DNA of 40,000 nucleotides from Pseudomonas aeruginosa (GTDB lineage: Bacteria; Pseudomonadota; Gammaproteobacteria; Pseudomonadales; Pseudomonadaceae). A program made the position numbers and the translations under genes. Where the stretch lies: assembly GCF_001457615.1 (NCBI RefSeq), contig NZ_LN831024.1, positions 1,554,773-1,594,772 on the forward strand. The letters run 5' to 3'. The first letter of the stretch is position 1; each line of letters starts with the position of its first letter. Below the pieces are notes generated by a model. It did no database searches, was not told the origin of the DNA, and was given only the letters and a program-made list of their open reading frames with translations. Below, piece by piece: positions 34,424 through 40,000 of this stretch.

Positions 34424-34442
34424 GCGGACCCTCCCGGTCCGC
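34424..34442 (-). terminator. Short hairpin after the lipoprotein gene (terminator-like)
   Basis: GCGGACC-CTCCC-GGTCCGC. On the minus strand it is followed by TCTTTCGCC, the same tail as the tsi3 hairpin. Confidence 0.45.
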
Positions 34443-34456
34443 CCGTATGCCTGGGC

Positions 34457-35257
34457 TCAGCGCGCCTCGTTCTTGCCGGGCCGCCGCAGCCAGCGCCACA
34501 GGCCGCGCAGCAACAGGCCCAGCGGCAGCAGCACGACGAGGAACGGCAGGCTGTAGGCGAAGAATTTCATCGCGGCGATGGTGCCATCGACAAGGTCGTC
34601 GAGCAGTTGCCCGGCGGCCGTGGCGAGCTGGCCGAGGCGGCTGTCCGGCTGCGCCTCGCTGCTGAAGCTCAGGGTCAGCAGGTTGGTGGCGATGCGCCGC
34701 TGCTGCTGGGCGCCGGCCTGGGCGTTGTCGGCCAGTTGAGCTTCCACCGCGGCGATTTCCTTGGCCAGGGCCAGCAGGTCGCCGACGCTCATGTCCTTGC
34801 GCCCCTGGTATTGCTGCAGGGTCTGGTACTCGCGTTGCAGGCGCTCGCGTTGCTGGCGGGTGTCGGCGACCGCCTGGGCCAGGTCCTCGGCGCGGGTCTG
34901 CCGGCTTTCCAGCGTGCCGCCCTGGGCAGCGGCCGCGACCAGCTTCTCCACGCCGTCCGGGACGATGCGCACGGTGAGTTCGGCGTAATGGCCGATACCG
35001 CCGCGTTGTTCGATGGCGAGCACGTCGCACTGGCCGAAGTGCTCGCTGTTGCAGGCGTCGCGGCTGGCGGCGAGTTGCGCGTCGATACGCGCGGCGGAAA
35101 GGCGGATGCCGACGCGGTGTTCGTAGGCGAGGGCGGTGCCGGGTTTGCCCGTCTCGCCCTGGAAACCGGCATTGCCGGAGACGCTTTCGGTGTGTTCGGC
35201 GGAGCATCCGTAGAGCGCCGCCAGCAGGACGCCGGCGGCAAGCTTCCATGCGTTCAT
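34457..35257 (-). CDS. Lipoprotein with coiled-coil region and C-terminal TM helix (DUF4349-like), 266 aa
   Basis: Lipobox LLAALYGC. Central heptad-like region (RQQRERLQREYQTLQQYQ). C-terminal hydrophobic helix FFAYSLPFLVVLLPLGLLL. Confidence 0.75.
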   Translation of the reverse strand: MNAWKLAAGVLLAALYGCSAEHTESVSGNAGFQGETGKPGTALAYEHRVGIRLSAARIDAQLAASRDACNSEHFGQCDVLAIEQRGGIGHYAELTVRIVPDGVEKLVAAAAQGGTLESRQTRAEDLAQAVADTRQQRERLQREYQTLQQYQGRKDMSVGDLLALAKEIAAVEAQLADNAQAGAQQQRRIATNLLTLSFSSEAQPDSRLGQLATAAGQLLDDLVDGTIAAMKFFAYSLPFLVVLLPLGLLLRGLWRWLRRPGKNEAR

Positions 35258-35290
35258 TCTATCGAGCCCTCCATGGCTTCGTGGTCTGCG

Positions 35291-37324
35291 TTACTTGACG
35301 CGCTGGCCCGGCTTGGCTCCGCTGTCCGGACTCAGCAGGTAGATCTCCTCGCCACCCGGGCCGGCGGCCAGGACCATGCCCTCGGACACCCCGAACTTCA
35401 TCTTGCGCGGCGCCAGGTTGGCCACATAGAGCGTCAGGCGGCCTTCCAGGGCGCTCGGGTCGGGATATGCGCTCTTGATCCCGGAGAACACGTTACGCTT
35501 CGCGTCGCCGATGTCCAGCGACAGGCGCAGCAGCTTGTCGGCGCCTTCGACGAATTCGCACTTCTCGATCAGGGCGATGCGCAGGTCGACCGCGGCGAAA
35601 GCGTCGAAGTCGATCTCCGCGGCGATGGGTTCCTTGACCAGCTCGCCGTTGCCGGCGGGTTGGGATGCGGCGGCGAGGTCTTCCTTGGAGGCTTCGATCA
35701 TGGCTTCTACTTTCGCGGGCTCGATACGGGTCATCAGGGGCTGGAACGGGTTCAACTGGTGGTTGGCCAGCAGGGTCTGGTGGTCGGCCCAGGTCAGCGG
35801 GGCGACGTTGAGGAAGGCTTCGGCGGCGGCGGCCAGCTTCGGCAGCACCGGCTTGAGGAAGATCACCAACTGGCGGAACAGGTTGATGCCCAGGCCGCAG
35901 ACGGCCTGGACCTTGTCCTGCTGGCCTTCCTGCTTGGCCAGCGCCCAGGGCGCCTGTTCGGCGATCCAGGCGTTGGCGCGGTCGGCGAGGGCCATGATCT
36001 CGCGCATGGCGCGATTGAAGTCGCGGGCCTCATAGGCCTCGGCGATTCCCGGGGCGGCCTCGCGGAAGGCGGCGAGCAGCTCCGGCGCCGGATCGGCGCC
36101 GACCAGCACGCCGGCGTTGCCCTTGTGGATGAAGCCGGCGCAGCGGCTGGCGATGTTGACGACCTTGCCGACCAGGTCGGAGTTGACCTTCTGCACGAAG
36201 TCCTCGAGGTTCAGGTCGAGGTCCTCGACGCCGCGGCCGAGCTTGGACGCGTAGTAGTAGCGCAGGTATTCCGGGTCCAGGTGGTCGAGGTAGGTGCGCG
36301 CCTTGACGAAGGTGCCGCGCGACTTGGACATCTTCTGGCCGTTCACGGTCAGGTAGCCGTGCACGTTCAGCGCGGTCGGCTTGCGGTAGCCGGCGCCTTC
36401 GAGCATGGCCGGCCAGAACAGCGCGTGGAAGTTGACGATGTCCTTGCCGATGAAGTGGTACAGCTCGGCACTGGAGTCCTTGCCCCAGAACGCGTCGAAG
36501 TCCAGCTCGGGACGCCGCGCGCAGAGGTTCTTGAAGCTGGCCATGTAGCCGATCGGCGCGTCCAGCCAGACGTAGAAGTACTTGCCGGGAGCGTCGGGAA
36601 TCTCGAAGCCGAAGTACGGCGCGTCACGCGAGATGTCCCACTGCTGGAGGCCGCTGTCCAGCCATTCGGCGAGCTTGTTGGCCACCGACTCCTGAAGGGT
36701 GCCGCTGCGGGTCCATTGCTTGAGCATGGCCTCGAAGTCCGGCAGCTTGAAGAAGTAGTGCAGCGATTCCTTGAGCACCGGGGTGGCGCCGGAGATCGCC
36801 GATTTCGGGTCCTTCAGTTCGGTCGGGGCGTAGGTCGCGCCGCAGGCCTCGCAGTTGTCGCCGTACTGGTCGGCGGTGCCGCACTTCGGGCAGGTGCCCT
36901 TGATGAAGCGGTCGGCGAGGAACATCTGCTTTTCCGGGTCGAAGTACTGGGTCACCGGGCGGGTGTCGATGTGCCCGGCGTCGCGCAGTTTCAGGTAGAT
37001 CGCGCTGGACAGCTCGCGGTTCTCTTCCGAGTGGGTCGAGTGGTAGTTGTCGAAGTCCACCAGGAAGTCGGCGAAGTCGCCCATGTGCTCGGCGCGCACG
37101 GCGTCGATCAGTTGCTCGGAGGTGATGCCCTCGCGCTCGGCGCGGAGCATGATCGCCGAACCGTGGGCGTCGTCGGCGCAGACGTAGACGGCCTGGTTGC
37201 CACGCATCTTCTGGAAGCGCACCCACATGTCCGTCTGGATGTACTCCAGCATGTGTCCCAGGTGAATGGAACCGTTGGCGTAGGGGAGGGCGCTGGTAAC
37301 GAGGATCTTGCGTGGTTCGGACAT
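35291..37324 (-). CDS. metG: Methionyl-tRNA synthetase (677 aa)
   Basis: HIGH motif (NGSIHLGH), KMSKS, a zinc knuckle CPKCG...CEACG, and a C-terminal tRNA-binding (Trbp111-like) domain. Confidence 0.97.
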   Translation of the reverse strand: MSEPRKILVTSALPYANGSIHLGHMLEYIQTDMWVRFQKMRGNQAVYVCADDAHGSAIMLRAEREGITSEQLIDAVRAEHMGDFADFLVDFDNYHSTHSEENRELSSAIYLKLRDAGHIDTRPVTQYFDPEKQMFLADRFIKGTCPKCGTADQYGDNCEACGATYAPTELKDPKSAISGATPVLKESLHYFFKLPDFEAMLKQWTRSGTLQESVANKLAEWLDSGLQQWDISRDAPYFGFEIPDAPGKYFYVWLDAPIGYMASFKNLCARRPELDFDAFWGKDSSAELYHFIGKDIVNFHALFWPAMLEGAGYRKPTALNVHGYLTVNGQKMSKSRGTFVKARTYLDHLDPEYLRYYYASKLGRGVEDLDLNLEDFVQKVNSDLVGKVVNIASRCAGFIHKGNAGVLVGADPAPELLAAFREAAPGIAEAYEARDFNRAMREIMALADRANAWIAEQAPWALAKQEGQQDKVQAVCGLGINLFRQLVIFLKPVLPKLAAAAEAFLNVAPLTWADHQTLLANHQLNPFQPLMTRIEPAKVEAMIEASKEDLAAASQPAGNGELVKEPIAAEIDFDAFAAVDLRIALIEKCEFVEGADKLLRLSLDIGDAKRNVFSGIKSAYPDPSALEGRLTLYVANLAPRKMKFGVSEGMVLAAGPGGEEIYLLSPDSGAKPGQRVK

Positions 37325-37454
37325 GGGTTCGGCTTATCGGCTGAGAGCTAAACGGATCGGTCACTATAAAGAAGCGGCGGTTTTTTTTCATCCGCGCGCC
37401 ACTCGGGTAGGATGACCGGCATCGATTCCCCGCTTAACCCTCAGGAAATCCCCC

Positions 37455-38549
37455 ATGTCCGCTATCACTCGCCAAACGGTGGAAGCCACCCTCCGCCAGT
37501 ACCAGGACCCCTATCTGAACCAGGACCCCGTCAGCGCCGGCTGCCTGCGCGAGGTGGAGATCCAGGGCGACCGCGTGCGGGTGCGCCTGGAACTGGGGTA
37601 CGCCGCCGGGCTGTTCAGAAACGGCCTGGCGCAAACCCTGCAAATGGCCCTGGAGGCGCTCGACGGCGTCGCTCGCGCCGAGGTCCGGGTCGACTGCGTG
37701 ATCCAGCCGCACAAGGCACAGCCGCAGGTCGAGGTGATGGGCAACGTGAAGAACATCGTCGCGGTGGCTTCCGGCAAGGGCGGCGTCGGCAAGTCCACCA
37801 CCGCCGCCAACCTGGCCCTGGCCTTGGCCCGCGAGGGTGCGCGGGTGGGCATCCTCGACGCGGACATCTACGGACCCAGCCAGGGCATCATGTTCGGCCT
37901 GCCGGAAGGCACCCGGCCGAAGGTCCGTGAGCAGAAGTGGTTCGAGCCCCTGGAGGCGCACGGGGTGCAGGTGATGTCGATGGCCTTCCTCACCGACGAC
38001 AGCACGCCGGTGGTCTGGCGCGGGCCGATGGTCTCCGGTGCCCTGATCCAACTGATCACCCAGACCGCCTGGGACAACCTCGACTACCTGGTGGTGGACA
38101 TGCCGCCGGGCACCGGCGACATCCAGCTGACCCTGGCGCAGAAGGTGCCGGTGGCCGGCGCGGTGATCGTCACCACCCCGCAGGACCTAGCGCTGCTCGA
38201 CGCGAAGAAGGGCGTGGAGATGTTCCGCAAGGTGAACATCCCGGTGCTCGGCGTGGTGGAGAACATGGCGGTGCATATCTGCTCCAACTGCGGCCATGCC
38301 GAGCACCTGTTCGGCGAGGGCGGCGGCGAGAAGCTGGCGGCGCAGTTCGGCGTCGAGCTGCTGGCGTCCATGCCGCTGTCGATCGCCATCCGCACCCAGG
38401 CCGACAGCGGCCGGCCGACGGTGATCGCCGATCCGGAAAGCCAACTGGCGATGCTCTACCAGGAAATCGCCCGCCATGTCGGCGCGCGCATCGTTCTCAG
38501 CGAGCGGGCCAGCGTCGGCCTGCCGAACATCAGCATCAGCGACGACTGA
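37455..38549 (+). CDS. apbC: Fe-S cluster carrier ATPase, Mrp/ApbC/NBP35 family (364 aa)
   Basis: N-terminal DUF59-like domain, deviant Walker A SGKGGVGKST, CxxC motif CSNCGH. Confidence 0.92.
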   Translation: MSAITRQTVEATLRQYQDPYLNQDPVSAGCLREVEIQGDRVRVRLELGYAAGLFRNGLAQTLQMALEALDGVARAEVRVDCVIQPHKAQPQVEVMGNVKNIVAVASGKGGVGKSTTAANLALALAREGARVGILDADIYGPSQGIMFGLPEGTRPKVREQKWFEPLEAHGVQVMSMAFLTDDSTPVVWRGPMVSGALIQLITQTAWDNLDYLVVDMPPGTGDIQLTLAQKVPVAGAVIVTTPQDLALLDAKKGVEMFRKVNIPVLGVVENMAVHICSNCGHAEHLFGEGGGEKLAAQFGVELLASMPLSIAIRTQADSGRPTVIADPESQLAMLYQEIARHVGARIVLSERASVGLPNISISDD

Positions 38550-38557
38550 GGCGATCG

Positions 38558-38583
38558 GGCAGCCGTCGGCGACGGCTGCCTTT
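38558..38583 (+). terminator. Hairpin terminator after apbC
   Basis: GGCAGCCGTC-GGC-GACGGCTGCC followed by TTT. Confidence 0.55.
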
Positions 38584-38649
38584 GCCCTGGGGCGGCGGCC
38601 CCGGTAAGATTCGCGATCATTTTTCGCAGCTTTCGACAGGACACCCTCC

Positions 38650-39216
38650 ATGACCATCAAATCGGACAAGTGGATTCGCCGCATGGCTCAGGAGCACGGC
38701 ATGATCGAGCCGTTCGTCGAGCGCCAGGTGCGCGGCGCGGACGACAGCCGGGTGATTTCCTACGGGGTGTCCAGCTACGGCTACGACGTGCGCTGCGCCG
38801 CCGAGTTCAAGGTGTTCACCAACATCCATTCGGCGGTGGTCGATCCGAAGAACTTCGACGAGAAAAGCTTCGTCGACATCAACAGCGACGTCTGCATCAT
38901 CCCGCCGAACTCCTTCGCTCTGGCGCGCACCGTCGAGTACTTCCGCATCCCGCGCGACGTCCTGACCATCTGCCTGGGCAAGAGCACCTACGCGCGTTGC
39001 GGCATCATCGTCAACGTCACCCCGCTGGAGCCGGAGTGGGAAGGCCATGTGACCCTCGAGTTCTCCAATACCACCAACCTGCCGGCGAAGATCTACGCCA
39101 ACGAAGGCGTGGCGCAGATGCTCTTCCTGCAATCCGACGAGGCCTGCGAAGTGTCCTATAAGGACCGTGGCGGCAAATACCAGGGCCAGCGCGGCGTGAC
39201 CCTGCCAAAAGCCTGA
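38650..39216 (+). CDS. dcd: dCTP deaminase (188 aa)
   Basis: [13 protein letters not shown]..., [10 protein letters not shown], and LEFSNTT motifs typical of Dcd. Confidence 0.95.
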
Positions 39217-39240
39217 CGCCAGAGCGTTTCGACACCGGAA

Positions 39241-39265
39241 ACCGGGCCTGGCGCCCGGTTTTTTC
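39241..39265 (+). terminator. Rho-independent terminator after dcd
   Basis: ACCGGGC-CTGGC-GCCCGGT hairpin followed by a T run (39259-39265). Confidence 0.85.
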
Positions 39266-39359
39266 ATGCCTTTTCCGCCAACCCCTCGCTGTTCCCCGCC
39301 GGCCGCTCTGGCACGCCTTATCGCGGGCGGGCAGGGGCTTATGCGCAGGCGGCCGCCCG

Positions 39360-39379
39360 TCCTGTGAAATCTGGCAGTT
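39360..39379 (+). promoter_or_regulatory. las/rhl (lux-type) box of the rhlAB promoter, RhlR binding site
   Basis: TCCTGTGAAATCTGGCAGTT fits NNCT-N12-AGNN. I recognise it as the rhlA upstream box. Confidence 0.8.
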
Positions 39380-39603
39380 ACCGTTAGCTTTCGAATTGGC
39401 TAAAAAGTGTTCATCGGCTACGCGTGAACACGGACGCCAATCGTTTGCGCAGGCCGATCTGCAAGACCCACACAAGCCCCTCGCCTGAAGGGGTACGCAT
39501 CCGCCGTGGCTGGTCCGCGCGGATGGCCGCTGAGTTACTTGTCTGCCGTTCGAACAATAAGAACGAACTCTACGTAATGCCGGGATACCCGTGGCAGCGA
39601 TAG

Positions 39604-40000
<397 letters not shown>

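Noticed and set aside
33144-35249. 701-aa version of the tse3 ORF
   Set aside because: The upstream 293 codons overlap the lipoprotein gene out of frame and are Arg/Pro-rich. AGGAGG plus the ATG at 34370 gives the 408-aa protein.
34235-37351. 1038-aa plus-strand ORF spanning tse3 upstream, the lipoprotein gene and metG
   Set aside because: It is antisense to metG, which has HIGH/KMSKS motifs. The translation is a G/A/V/R/L-rich shadow and it implausibly crosses three genes and two intergenic regions.

Overview
High-GC Pseudomonas aeruginosa core-chromosome window. By protein content and gene order, recalled from memory with no search run, it matches PAO1 loci PA3522 down to PA3479 in inverted orientation. 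Left to right: (1) end of the RND efflux operon mexQ-opmE. (2) A small HMA copper chaperone (copZ1-like). (3) A 5-gene operon of two tandem heme-oxygenase-like diiron paralogs, two tandem fumarate-lyase-superfamily paralogs and a SAM methyltransferase. The chaperone gene and this operon each sit behind a near-identical MerR/CueR-type promoter with a 19-bp spacer. I recognise the operon as flcE-D-C-B-A (PA3519-PA3515), the copper-induced fluopsin C pathway. It is the most interesting system in the window, but it is already described, not new. (4) A tightly packed 17-gene co-directional orphan catabolic cluster with no substrate assigned here. It holds a NitT/TauT-type ABC importer, 2 SDRs, a cupin, an alpha/beta hydrolase, an IclR regulator, a ThDP enzyme, L-aspartate dehydrogenase, an ALDH, a VOC dioxygenase, 2 tiny ORFs, a Rieske oxygenase, RidA and a PDR-type reductase. 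A beta-barrel OMP gene follows it. The cluster and the OMP gene are each preceded by a sigma-54-like -24/-12 element and share a 16-mer. (5) Minus strand: a small acidic PA3496-family protein, nth and rnfEGDCBA. (6) The T6SS muramidase effector/immunity pair tse3-tsi3, a DUF4349-like lipoprotein and metG. (7) Plus strand: apbC/mrp, dcd, and the rhl box plus the 5' end of rhlA. The vgrG4b-pldA-tli5 island that I recall between tsi3 and rnfA in PAO1 is absent; only 136 bp lie there. I saw no tRNA, rRNA, CRISPR array, IS element or integrase. All family calls rest on motifs read in the translations and on remembered synteny.
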